Assembly: GCA_017442155.1 (NCBI GenBank)
Contig: JAFSAU010000038.1
Span: forward strand, 57,685-121,684
Direction: 5' to 3'
Length of the DNA stretch: 64,000 nucleotides
Origin: Clostridia bacterium
GTDB taxonomy: Bacteria; Bacillota; Clostridia; UMGS1883; UMGS1540
The notes beneath the pieces are model-generated. The model saw nothing but the letters and a program-made list of their open reading frames with translations, ran no database searches and had not been told where the DNA came from. Of this stretch, positions 35,391 through 44,506 are shown in pieces. Position numbers and translations under genes: made by a program. Each line of letters starts with the position of its first letter. Within the stretch, counting starts at the first letter, position 1.

Positions 35391-37370
35391 TCATTTTTTA
35401 GCCGGATTTTCCCATAGCGGCACAGTTTCGAGATGCACTGCATCCCCCTGCACTGTCAGGCGGATGCCGCACATGGCAAGGCTATCCGAAAACAAGGTTT
35501 TGGCAGAAATATCGGCAGTCTGTGCGACGGTAATATACCGGACACCGTTTTTTTCGGACATATCCGTTTTGGAGCCGGGGATTACCACAAAAACGTCTGT
35601 GCCCCGGCCGTGGAGCGTTTCGGTAATCACCCGTTCAAAAAGCTCTGCCTCGGCCTGGTCTGTAAAAGCGGAAAGCGGGTCGGAGAGAAGGAAAAATACA
35701 TTTTTTGCTTCTGCTTCCTCGCAGATTTCCAGAATATATTGCCACTGGTCAGCATTCTGTGCCCGGATGCCCTTCTCTGCATCCACTGTCACAAACAAGC
35801 TGTCCTCAGCTTCTGTGGTCGAAAACCGGCTGACGGGGATGGACGTTTCGCTTTCATACCGTCCAAACGTAAACACCAGTTCTCCGGCTTTCGCCAATGC
35901 CTCCAACCTTGCCGCCGCCAGAATATCCAGACAGTTTTTTTGCTTTGCCTTTCCCGGCAGAAGCAGAATGCTCACGCCCGTCTCCGGCTTTTCCTCCGCA
36001 TAGTCTGCAGGGCGGGCCAGCACTTGGATTTCCAGCTCTCCCGTCACGTTTTCGCAATTTGCCGTCACACGGCACAGCCCTGTGTGGTCGGGATAGAAAA
36101 TGTTGCCGGTAAAGGTGCCGTCCGGGGAAGAAAAGGTGATTTCGCGGTCGGCGATGTAAACGGGGTTATGATATTCATCGTAGGCTTCCAGATACAGATG
36201 CGCGCCCTCTCCTTCTGTCACAGCCTCGCCGGCTATGCCGACTTCAAGCGAAGAAAGCGTTCCGGCCCGGCCCGTAAACCGCACCCCGAGAGCCGTAGAA
36301 ACGGCGCGGAGAGATCCTTCTGACGGAAGGTTTGCAACCTGCAATTCTCCGCTGGCACCGTCACGGGCTACCATGGTGGTGCTGCCGCCGCCGTCAAGAT
36401 TGATGGCCGTGTACGCGCCAACAGAAAGCATATAATCGGCAAGGGACGTCTGGGTCATCCCGGCAAGAGCCGTCTGTCGTCCGTCCACCGTGACAAGATA
36501 CAGGGTGTTTCCGTCCTTACTTATTCCTGCCGCTGTGCGTGGATGCGTGCCGGAAACGGTATTTGTAAATGCAGCCCGTTTCCCGTCCTTTACCAGCAGT
36601 GTCCCGCCGCCGATGGCGGTACGGATTTCGCTGAAATCCGGCGTCAGCCGGTAGGAAAGCGTAATTTCGTCTCCGGGCTGAAAATTATCCACAAGATAGG
36701 TGCTTGTGTGGGTGGAGGTGGCCAGTACAAAGCCGTTTTCAGGCACTTCCACACCATCCATGTCCTGCCGGATTTCCTGCACAATGCCATCCGCGGCTAC
36801 AAGCTCCGAAATACCGTCGCGACTGCCCGGTGTGGTCCCGCCCCAGGCAGAGGTGTACAAAACCATGGACTCCATGGAATGATATTTATTGATATGGATG
36901 ATTTCCGCTTCATACCCTTCGGGGCAGGTGACAATCAGCTCCATGTCTACATAATCGGCAAACACATTCCCCTCCGTGTCCTCCATAAGAGCGGCCAGAC
37001 CCGTATCGTGTGCGGGGGAGGATATCACCTCGCCGTCGGCTACTGTAAAGCCGAGGGGCGTGCCTTCCCAGTTAAAAAAGTCCCCGTTCACAGCCGCGAC
37101 GGTATTGGCCGCCTTTGCCATGGTAAGTACACTGCTGTTATGCTGAATCCCCCGGCTGTCATACAGGGCTTCCAGCTTCAGATTTTCATTTGTCAGGTCA
37201 ATTTCCAGAATGTTGACCCGCATCCATCCGTCAGAGGAAAAACGCACATCCTTTGTAAGCGTTACACCTTCTGTAAGTATCGTATCTGTTTTTTCTGCCC
37301 ATAGTTCCTTGGCACTCGCCGGCATCAGAAGCAAACCCGCCGCAAAGAGGGACAGAAGTTTTTTCTTCAT
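35391..37370 (-). CDS. Secreted phosphodiester glycosidase (NAGPA/DUF2233 family)
   Basis: Signal peptide; AAVNGDFF, HPRTAAG, VDGR, AINLDGGGST; RBS AGGAGG. Confidence 0.85.
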   Translation of the reverse strand: MKKKLLSLFAAGLLLMPASAKELWAEKTDTILTEGVTLTKDVRFSSDGWMRVNILEIDLTNENLKLEALYDSRGIQHNSSVLTMAKAANTVAAVNGDFFNWEGTPLGFTVADGEVISSPAHDTGLAALMEDTEGNVFADYVDMELIVTCPEGYEAEIIHINKYHSMESMVLYTSAWGGTTPGSRDGISELVAADGIVQEIRQDMDGVEVPENGFVLATSTHTSTYLVDNFQPGDEITLSYRLTPDFSEIRTAIGGGTLLVKDGKRAAFTNTVSGTHPRTAAGISKDGNTLYLVTVDGRQTALAGMTQTSLADYMLSVGAYTAINLDGGGSTTMVARDGASGELQVANLPSEGSLRAVSTALGVRFTGRAGTLSSLEVGIAGEAVTEGEGAHLYLEAYDEYHNPVYIADREITFSSPDGTFTGNIFYPDHTGLCRVTANCENVTGELEIQVLARPADYAEEKPETGVSILLLPGKAKQKNCLDILAAARLEALAKAGELVFTFGRYESETSIPVSRFSTTEAEDSLFVTVDAEKGIRAQNADQWQYILEICEEAEAKNVFFLLSDPLSAFTDQAEAELFERVITETLHGRGTDVFVVIPGSKTDMSEKNGVRYITVAQTADISAKTLFSDSLAMCGIRLTVQGDAVHLETVPLWENPAKK

Positions 37371-37556
37371 TTTTTGCATATCCTCCTGTTGTTTTCTGCC
37401 GCAAAAACCGCGGCAAATATAGTATAGCACATTTTGGCGAAAGATAAAAGAGGAAAAGGGGAGTTTGCAAAAATTGTTACAGTTTTTTCATTTTTTCCGG
37501 TCGAAAATCAAGAATTTTGTAAACCATCATTTTGGCTATAAAACCGCATTTTTGAG

Positions 37557-37652
37557 TTATCCACATATTCCGAATAAAACGGGTGAATCGTATGTGGAAA
37601 ATGTGGATAACTTGTTGGATAACTTAAAAAAACGTGCTTTTTCTGTGGATAA
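37557..37652. promoter_or_regulatory. DnaA-box cluster
   Basis: TTATCCACA 37557; TGTGGAAAA 37593; TGTGGATAA 37602; degenerate GTTGGATAA 37614; TGTGGATAA 37644. Confidence 0.8.
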
Positions 37653-37762
37653 CTTTCAGAGAATAACTTTGCAGAACATTTCTTATTTTGGACGATGGTT
37701 TACATAATTCCTTTGCAATTTTTAAAATAAGGTCAATACGACAAAAGTAGTGTTTTTTCGCG

Positions 37763-37790
37763 AAAGGATTTTAAAAAGCGGCCGCGAATA
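37763..37790 (+). promoter_or_regulatory. Sigma-H-type promoter of the spoIIA operon
   Basis: AAAGGATTT...GAATA with AGGA-17 bp-GAAT spacing; spoIIA is sigma-H dependent in Bacillus and Clostridium. Confidence 0.65.
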
Positions 37791-37836
37791 AGACGTTTAA
37801 ATGGAAAAATATTCCAAAGTCAAAGGAGGACAAACT

Positions 37837-38172
37837 ATGGAACTGATATGCAAAACTACAGGCCGTGCACTTTTGGCAGAGATGCGGGGTGAGCTGGACC
37901 ATCATAACGCCGCGCATGTGCGGGAGGAGCTGGAAAGCCGGTTTGCTGCGGCCGGGATGCGTAACCTGATTTTTGACCTGTCGGGGCTGCGGTTTATGGA
38001 TAGCTCGGGCCTTGGTATTCTGATTGGCCGGTATAAAACGGTGACGGCCCTCGGCGGACAGGTGCGGATTGCCGCACCCAGCGAGCAGGCGGACAAGCTT
38101 CTGCGCCTTGCGGGCATCCATAAAATTATTCCGATGTATGAGAATCTGCAGGACGCCATGACCGGACTGTAA
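37837..38172 (+). CDS. spoIIAA: Anti-anti-sigma F factor
   Basis: GELDHH, FMDSSGLG phosphorylation site, GRYK; RBS AAAGGAGG. Confidence 0.93.
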   Translation: MELICKTTGRALLAEMRGELDHHNAAHVREELESRFAAAGMRNLIFDLSGLRFMDSSGLGILIGRYKTVTALGGQVRIAAPSEQADKLLRLAGIHKIIPMYENLQDAMTGL

Positions 38173-38184
38173 GGAGGGGAAAAA

Positions 38185-38604
38185 GTGGAAAACAAAGTAA
38201 AAATTATTTTGGACGCCCGTTCGGTAAACGAAGGGTTTGCACGGGTGGCGGCGGCTGCGTTTGCTGCCGCTCTGGACCCCACTGTGGAGGAGCTGGCCGA
38301 TATTAAAACCGCCGTCAGTGAGGCAGTAACAAACGCAATTATTCATGGCTATGAAGGAAAAAGCGGCCGGGTGTGTATGGAAATGACGGCGAACGGGAAT
38401 CTGCTCACCGTCTCCGTTACGGACAGGGGACGGGGAATCGCGGACATCAAGCAGGCCATGTGTCCGCTCTACACCTCCAAGCCGCATCTGGAACGGAGCG
38501 GCATGGGATTTACGGTGATGGAAAGCTTTATGGACAGCTTAGCTGTTTCCTCCCGGCCGGGCGAAGGAACCCGGGTGGTGATGACCAAGCGGATTCATGG
38601 GTAA
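38185..38604 (+). CDS. spoIIAB: Anti-sigma F factor / kinase
   Basis: NE.FAR, DIKTAVSEAVTNAIIHGY, ERSGMGFTVME. Confidence 0.95.
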   Translation: MENKVKIILDARSVNEGFARVAAAAFAAALDPTVEELADIKTAVSEAVTNAIIHGYEGKSGRVCMEMTANGNLLTVSVTDRGRGIADIKQAMCPLYTSKPHLERSGMGFTVMESFMDSLAVSSRPGEGTRVVMTKRIHG

Positions 38605-39322
38605 CGGTACATACGCGGCCATCCGGGCTGCCCAGAGCGGAGACAGTGCCGCAATGGAAAAACTGACGAAGGAAAACATACCGCTGATTCGGAGTATCGC
38701 CGGACGCTTCCGGGGGCGGGGAACGGAGGACGAGGACCTCTTTCAGCTGGGTGCCATTGGCTTTATCAAGGCCGTCCGTGGCTTTGATACAAAGCGGGGG
38801 CTGGCACTGTCCACCTATGCTGTACCTATGATCATGGGCGAAATCCGGCGGCATCTTCGCGACAGCGGAATGATTCGGGTCAGCCGGAGCACAAAGGAGC
38901 TGGCCGCCCGTGCCGCGCAGGTTGCCCGGACGCTTTCCATGCAGACGGGAAGAGAGGTACCGCTGTCGGCAGTGGCAGCCGAAATCGGCGTTACGCCCGA
39001 AGAGGTGGCGGCGGCTATGGAGGCGGTGCAGATGCCGGATTCCCTCGAACGGCCCATCGGAGACGGGGAGGGCCGACTGTCCGATATTCTGGAAGGGAAG
39101 GAGGATATTGCCGAAAAGGCCGCGGACCGGGTGACAATAGAGCGGCTTCTGCATACCGGAAACATGCAGGAAAAAAATGTAATTCTCTGCCGGTATTTCC
39201 GGGATAAGACCCAGAGCGAAACGGCACGGATGCTGGGTCTGAGCCAGGTGCAGGTTTCACGGATTGAAAAAAGGGCCATCGCCCGGCTGCGCGGTCTTTT
39301 GAAGCCCGGCGCGGCCGACTGA
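38597..39322 (+). CDS. sigF: Forespore sigma factor F
   Basis: EDLFQLG.IG.IKA, STYAVPMI.GEIRR.LRD.G.IRVSRS, DKTQSE.A..LG.SQVQVSR.EK; third gene of spoIIA. Confidence 0.9.
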   Translation: MGNGTYAAIRAAQSGDSAAMEKLTKENIPLIRSIAGRFRGRGTEDEDLFQLGAIGFIKAVRGFDTKRGLALSTYAVPMIMGEIRRHLRDSGMIRVSRSTKELAARAAQVARTLSMQTGREVPLSAVAAEIGVTPEEVAAAMEAVQMPDSLERPIGDGEGRLSDILEGKEDIAEKAADRVTIERLLHTGNMQEKNVILCRYFRDKTQSETARMLGLSQVQVSRIEKRAIARLRGLLKPGAAD

Positions 39323-39341
39323 CAAAAATTTGAAAAAAGAC

Positions 39342-39370
39342 TTGACTTTTTACAGCGTTTTGTGTATACT
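39342..39370 (+). promoter_or_regulatory. Sigma-A promoter
   Basis: TTGACT-17 bp-TATACT. Confidence 0.7.
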
Positions 39371-39408
39371 TATCTTGTTGCAAAAAAGCAACAACGAAAG
39401 GAGGCTGT

Positions 39409-39606
39409 ATGTCGGAACAGAAAAAATGCATACTTTGCAGAGAAGAGGAATGTCTTTCCACTCTCGGACAATTCTGCCTTTGCACGGACTGCCGGAAGCA
39501 AGTTTTGCAGGATGCACTTGTTTTTGCAAAACGGAACACGACCAGGGGCACGCTGTATCATGCGGCATTTGAAGCCCTATCGGCCGAATATGAAAAGGAG
39601 GCATGA
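39409..39606 (+). CDS. Small Zn-ribbon protein (CxxC-x14-CxxC)
   Basis: Strong RBS GAAAGGAGG; 65 aa; stop adjacent to the next RBS/start. Confidence 0.65.
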   Translation: MSEQKKCILCREEECLSTLGQFCLCTDCRKQVLQDALVFAKRNTTRGTLYHAAFEALSAEYEKEA

Positions 39607-39607
39607 G

Positions 39608-40168
39608 ATGCGTCAAAATGATGTAACAGAGAAAAAATTGACTTTAAAAAATGAATTGCAGGAAATGATTAACCGGGGCATCTCCCGCGCGGTACAGGCC
39701 GGCGCGCAAAGCGCACGGCAGAAAGAAACGCGCGGCTGTCGGGAAAGAGTGGAACGGCTACTGTATGCGAGGAGCGGGCTGGAAATCCTGATTACCTCGC
39801 TGGAGGAGGAGCTGGCACTTTATAGGGACGATGTGCCGCCCTCCACCATGGCCTACGAAAAAACAGGGAATAAGGTAGTGCATCTCCTGCCCTCCGGCGA
39901 AGCCCTCGGCATGACCCAGGGCCGGGAGGGAATGGAGGCACTTCTGGCACGGAACCGCCTTGCAGTAAAAAGAATAGACAGGGCAGTTGCCACCCTTTCG
40001 GATGACCCCTATTTTGATATTTTGCCGCTGAAATATACGGAAGGATTGCCGGAAGAGGAAATCGCTGAACGGCTGTGCTGCGACCCTTCCACCATCCGCC
40101 GGAATAAAAATCGCCTTCTGGAAAGGCTTGCTATTATATTCTTTGGAATCGATGCATTGGGAGTGTAA
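39608..40168 (+). CDS. Phage-type regulator with C-terminal sigma70-region-4-like HTH (ArpU/RinA-like)
   Basis: RBS AAGGAGG; ERLLY; IDRAV..L..DPY..I..LKY.EG...EEIAE.L.CD.STIRRNKNRL. Confidence 0.7.
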   Translation: MRQNDVTEKKLTLKNELQEMINRGISRAVQAGAQSARQKETRGCRERVERLLYARSGLEILITSLEEELALYRDDVPPSTMAYEKTGNKVVHLLPSGEALGMTQGREGMEALLARNRLAVKRIDRAVATLSDDPYFDILPLKYTEGLPEEEIAERLCCDPSTIRRNKNRLLERLAIIFFGIDALGV

Positions 40169-40171
40169 AAT

Positions 40172-40412
40172 AAGCTGGATGTCGGCAAGGAAGATTAGGT
40201 TTTGAAGTCAGATTTCACCTTATACTGCATCAAAAATCTCCGAAATACGAAAGTATTCCGAAAATTTTGTTCTTTGTCTAAGCTGAAATCTGATTTTCAA
40301 AACTGCGCAGCACCTTAGAAACAGAAATTTCAGATGGATAATAAGGCAAAAACACGCAGATATCCTGAAATTACCTGTTTTAAGGCAATTCTTCCTTAAC
40401 GACATCCAGCTT
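40172..40412. repeat. ~240-bp cloverleaf element with terminal inverted repeats (MITE-like or structured RNA)
   Basis: 21/23-bp terminal IR (40172-40194/40390-40412) enclosing two long arms (40199-40303; 40313-40385). Confidence 0.7.
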
Positions 40413-40440
40413 TGTTTACGCTCCCTTTTTTTCGATGATT

Positions 40441-40626
40441 TTATTTTCCTTTATTGATTTTCTCAAGAATTTTCTGAAAGTTCGCCTCCATTTCTTCGGG
40501 AGACAGCTCCGGCACCGTAATGTTTTCTATTCCCCGCATTTCCTCTTCTAATAGCTCTTCTTCAGCAACTTTTGCGATATATTTCAGTAACAATTCTTCT
40601 GCCAAGGGTAAATTTTCTTCTTTCAC
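40441..40626 (-). CDS. Small acidic hypothetical protein (61 aa)
   Basis: RBS AAGGAG before GTG; Glu-rich helical sequence. Confidence 0.5.
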   Translation of the reverse strand: MKEENLPLAEELLLKYIAKVAEEELLEEEMRGIENITVPELSPEEMEANFQKILEKINKGK

Positions 40627-40783
40627 AATATTTATCTCCTTTCTTATGCAAAAACTTCGTATGAATATTTTGTACATCGTTCTTTATTATATATGAAACA
40701 ATCATTAAAGTCAATGAAAATCAATGAAATATTTAGATGTTTTTGCACACGCTATATAGTACAATTAGATATAGGTGATATAA

Positions 40784-41095
40784 ATGGAATTGAAAGAGTT
40801 TAGTGCCAGGCTTTCTCAATTACGTCTTAACAAAGGTGTCTCTGCAAGAGATATGAGTTTGTCTATTGGCCAGAGTCAAAGCTATATTAATAACATAGAG
40901 AACGGTGTGGCGTTTCCGTCCATGACAGTATTTTTCTATATCTGTGAATATCTGAATATCACGCCTGCGGAGTTTTTTGATACCGCGTCGGCGAATCCCA
41001 CAAAGGAAAAAGAGCTTTTGTCGGAATTGAAGGGACTGCGGACGGAAGACATGGATGCATTGATTGCACTGGCAAAATCTCTGAAGAAAAAATAG
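40784..41095 (+). CDS. XRE-family HTH regulator
   Basis: RL..LR..KGVSARDMSL.IGQS..YIN.IENG...PS. Confidence 0.88.
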   Translation: MELKEFSARLSQLRLNKGVSARDMSLSIGQSQSYINNIENGVAFPSMTVFFYICEYLNITPAEFFDTASANPTKEKELLSELKGLRTEDMDALIALAKSLKKK

Positions 41096-41105
41096 AATGA
41101 AAATG

Positions 41106-41150
41106 ATATGCACCCCCAACAGCATCTGACTTTTAGGGGTGCATATTTTT
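41106..41150 (+). terminator. Terminator-like hairpin (resembles abutted IS3-type ends)
   Basis: ATATGCACCCC...GGGGTGCATAT + TTTT. Confidence 0.6.
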
Positions 41151-41191
41151 GTATTCTCAATCATGAGCCACGAAAATCGTTTGAGACTATC

Positions 41192-42019
41192 TCAAACGAT
41201 TTTCGATGCAGTTCGGTATTGTTTTGGGGTTATACCGTTGCAGGCTTTAAATACGGAATAAAAACGATTCACACTGCTATATCCTACGGCTGTTGCAATC
41301 TCTTCAATGGTCTTATCTGTATCGGTAAGCAACGTTTTTGCTTTATGCATTCTTAAACGTAAGATTCGCTCACGAAATGTCTGGCCGTAGAGACTTGCAA
41401 TGATTCTTTGTGTCTGTTGGACACTCAGATGAAGCAAATCTGACAGTTCGGTTATTTTGGGTTTCTGATTATATTCAGACTGAAAATACTGCTCAATCAT
41501 ATATATTCTGTAATGATTGTTCTCCAGGGTGGCGGTATTTTTTGTACTCATATTCTCCGGCAGGGAAATTTCAGTAAACATTGCGGCAATTTCATGCAAG
41601 CAGGCAACAATAAGCTCTTTTTTATATGTATAATTGCTGTAATAATATTCCGGAATTCTCTCGAAAGCACCGGAAGCGGGAAAGTTTTGAAAGACCCGTA
41701 TGTTCTGTTCTGCCGCAAACGTATCATTTTTCCAGAAAGATAGAAATATACAATACGCATCGGCATCGGCAGAAAGGGAATGAACGGTGCCTTCCGCAAT
41801 CAGAAGCACATCGCCTGCTGTGATTTTTTGCGTATCTTTTTCACATACGATTTCTATAGAGCCCTTCAAGCAATATATTATTTCATTGAATTTATGGGAA
41901 TGATTTTCAGAATGATATGGACTCTTGCGTCCAAACCCTTTATCCGCAAAGAAAATGAATTCTGTATCTGCTACCGAAACGTGGAATTCGTCATATAAAG
42001 GATTGAACTTTTTTTCCAT
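41192..42019 (-). CDS. AraC-family regulator with cupin sensor domain
   Basis: HSH.F.EI..H cupin; C-terminal AK.LL......IEEIA..VGY.....F...FK...GITP..YR. Confidence 0.9.
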   Translation of the reverse strand: MEKKFNPLYDEFHVSVADTEFIFFADKGFGRKSPYHSENHSHKFNEIIYCLKGSIEIVCEKDTQKITAGDVLLIAEGTVHSLSADADAYCIFLSFWKNDTFAAEQNIRVFQNFPASGAFERIPEYYYSNYTYKKELIVACLHEIAAMFTEISLPENMSTKNTATLENNHYRIYMIEQYFQSEYNQKPKITELSDLLHLSVQQTQRIIASLYGQTFRERILRLRMHKAKTLLTDTDKTIEEIATAVGYSSVNRFYSVFKACNGITPKQYRTASKIV

Positions 42020-42175
42020 CGGAGACACCTTCTTTCGTATAGCATTATAGCAGATTAAGAACAAAGAAGCAAGAAGAAACTATCGATATACAACATTGTT
42101 CCTGCAAAAATGGTATGTTAGAAGATTGATTCTGCATCGTATGTATGATAAAATGTAAAAAAAGGGGGCGGAAAC

Positions 42176-43690
42176 ATGATAAAGATAGGCACAAGGAGAG
42201 AAGTTTTTTTCGATACGTATCTCATAAATACAGATAAGAGCACGGCGGATATTGTACTGCACAAACCGATTCCCGAGGAAACCGTACTGTCCTTTGACGA
42301 GGAGTGGGAGGGGAATTCCAGTTATGTGCATTTCTTTGAGGATGACGGCATTTACAGGATGTATTATATTGCATGGAACAGAAATAAATTCTTTTCAGAA
42401 GCATCCGGCGAAGAGGATAAAAAACTCCGTTGCTGTTATGCAGAAAGTAAGGACGGGCTGAATTGGATAAAGCCTGATCTCGGAATATATGCGTTCTACG
42501 GCAGCAAAAATAACAACATTGTCTTTATGGCAGATTGGCTTGATAATTTTTATGTTTTTCGTGATGATAACCCTGCTTGTCCAAAGGAACAAAAATACAA
42601 GGGGATTGCAAGAAAGAAAGGAACACTTGTTGCCTATACGAGTATGGATGGAATTCATTTTGATAATGAACTGGTTATTACCGATATGGGCGCTTTCGAT
42701 ACGTTAAATATAGTATTGTGGGATGATGCGGCAAAGGTCTATCGAGGATATATAAGAAGTTTTCACGATATTCCGATTGAAGGCGGCGGTGATTATATCG
42801 ACTACGTAAATGCTTCTAAAGATAAAAACCTCAGAGTGATTCCGGGCACGGATGCGGATGAAGCGCACAAGCATGGCGCGGGGGTTGTGAATTTGGGGAA
42901 ACGTGATATTCGTTACATAGAATCTGAAGATTTTGTCACCTGGACAGAGCCAAAACGCCTTGACTTTGGGGACAGCGAGGACATTCCTCTTTACACAAAC
43001 CAGATTTCTCAATATGAACGTGCACCGCATATGTTTGTAGGGTTCCCCACAAGGTATAAAGAGAGATTTGAATGGACGAAAAGCTTTGAAGCCCTTTGCG
43101 GCAAGGATAAACGGCTTTATACTTTGGAAAATATTTCAAGACGGCATGGCCTTGCACTTACAGATTGTGTGTTTATGTGTTCGAGAGACGGTTTTCATTT
43201 CACCCGCTATGATGAAGCCTTCTTCGCGGCAGGACCGGAATATGGTCACAACTGGGTTTATGGCGATGGCTATCCGGCAAAAGGGTTTCTTACAACCAAA
43301 TCAAAGTTTGACGGTGCGGATAACGAGCTTTCCATGTTGAATCGGGAGTATACAAGCACCTGCGAAAAGTTGAGACGCTACACGCTGAGAATGGATGGCT
43401 TTGCCTCTGTTCACGCAGGAGCAACAGAAAAGGTTCTTGTAACCAAACCGTTTTCTTTTGAAGGGGATATACTTTTTGCAAATCTGTCTACGTCGGCTTG
43501 CGGTTATCTGTATTTTACAATAGAGGACAAGGACGGAAATGCGGTATCAAGCTGTGAAATGTTCGGAGACAGCACGGATAAGCGGATTGGTTTTACAAGC
43601 AGTTTGTCCGCCTTTGCAGGAAAAGAAGTGGTTATGACAGTTAGAATGCGCGAGGCAGACCTTTACTCGATTCGCTTTGCAAAGGAGTAA
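42176..43690 (+). CDS. Cytoplasmic beta-propeller protein, glycoside hydrolase-like
   Basis: Repeated S.DG..W/F motifs (ESKDGLNW, SMDGIHF, ESEDFVTW, SRDGFHF), YRMYY, AFDTLN; no signal peptide. Confidence 0.6.
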   Translation: MIKIGTRREVFFDTYLINTDKSTADIVLHKPIPEETVLSFDEEWEGNSSYVHFFEDDGIYRMYYIAWNRNKFFSEASGEEDKKLRCCYAESKDGLNWIKPDLGIYAFYGSKNNNIVFMADWLDNFYVFRDDNPACPKEQKYKGIARKKGTLVAYTSMDGIHFDNELVITDMGAFDTLNIVLWDDAAKVYRGYIRSFHDIPIEGGGDYIDYVNASKDKNLRVIPGTDADEAHKHGAGVVNLGKRDIRYIESEDFVTWTEPKRLDFGDSEDIPLYTNQISQYERAPHMFVGFPTRYKERFEWTKSFEALCGKDKRLYTLENISRRHGLALTDCVFMCSRDGFHFTRYDEAFFAAGPEYGHNWVYGDGYPAKGFLTTKSKFDGADNELSMLNREYTSTCEKLRRYTLRMDGFASVHAGATEKVLVTKPFSFEGDILFANLSTSACGYLYFTIEDKDGNAVSSCEMFGDSTDKRIGFTSSLSAFAGKEVVMTVRMREADLYSIRFAKE

Positions 43691-43696
43691 AACAGT

Positions 43697-44356
43697 ATGG
43701 ATACTAAAACGGTAAAAAAGGTAATTTTTTATGTAACTTTTTTGGCCATTGTTATCACCGGAATTATTTTTAAACAACCCTTTATACGAATGCTGCCTCT
43801 GCTTATATCCTTGTTCATTATGCTTTTTCAGGCTGAGGCAAGCCGTTATTCGTATATCGCAGGAGGGCTGAATTCGCTTTTGTATGCCTATGTTTATTTT
43901 CGTCTGGGACTGTATGCAACTGGCGCAAGTGCATTGTTTTTCTCCTTTCCCATTCAAATCCTGACTTTTCTGAACTGGAATAAACATGCATACGAAAAGT
44001 CAACACGGTTTAAGCATTTGTCCGGCAAGGCCGGAGTGGGAATCGGGACGGGATTCGTCCTTGCATGGCTCGCTGTGTTCACTGTGCTGAAGCATACAGG
44101 CTCTGCATATGCAGTTCTGGATAATACAGCATCGTTACTTGGGGTAACAGTCTCCGTTCTTACAATGATGGCATATGTTGAATATCCCTATTTATGGTTT
44201 GTGTCATCGCTGATAAATATGATACTGAATATTCAGGTGGTATTAAACGACCCGTGCCATATACCATATGTAATCTATGCGGTTTACTGTACATGGTGCG
44301 TAGTGCTTGCGTTTATACATGTCCGCAAGCTTTATGCAGAACAACAAAAAGCATAG
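43697..44356 (+). CDS. PnuC/Pnu-family transporter
   Basis: Multi-TM pattern G.LN..LY.Y....GLYA, W, LD......GV...L......E...LW. Confidence 0.75.
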   Translation: MDTKTVKKVIFYVTFLAIVITGIIFKQPFIRMLPLLISLFIMLFQAEASRYSYIAGGLNSLLYAYVYFRLGLYATGASALFFSFPIQILTFLNWNKHAYEKSTRFKHLSGKAGVGIGTGFVLAWLAVFTVLKHTGSAYAVLDNTASLLGVTVSVLTMMAYVEYPYLWFVSSLINMILNIQVVLNDPCHIPYVIYAVYCTWCVVLAFIHVRKLYAEQQKA

Positions 44357-44435
44357 ACCCGATGTCCGGACCGCAGAGAACCGCCATGCATACTATAATT
44401 TTCATGCTTGCATTCCATTCTCCCTTGCGTACATA

Positions 44436-44492
44436 AAAAGAGGGCAGGCCTCAATTTTGCGAATAATCACGCATTGAGACTGCCCCTTTTTG
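44436..44492. terminator. Bidirectional terminator
   Basis: AAAAGAGGGCAG..CTCAAT...ATTGAG.CTGCCCTTTTT. Confidence 0.65.
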
Positions 44493-44506
44493 TTGTGCGC
44501 AAAAAC

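Noticed and set aside
37557-37652. Calling the DnaA-box cluster oriC
   Set aside because: No origin-linked genes in the window and skew cannot be judged here; kept only as an alternative.
39409-41095. Prophage
   Set aside because: Only regulator-like genes; no integrase, terminase, structural or lysis genes.
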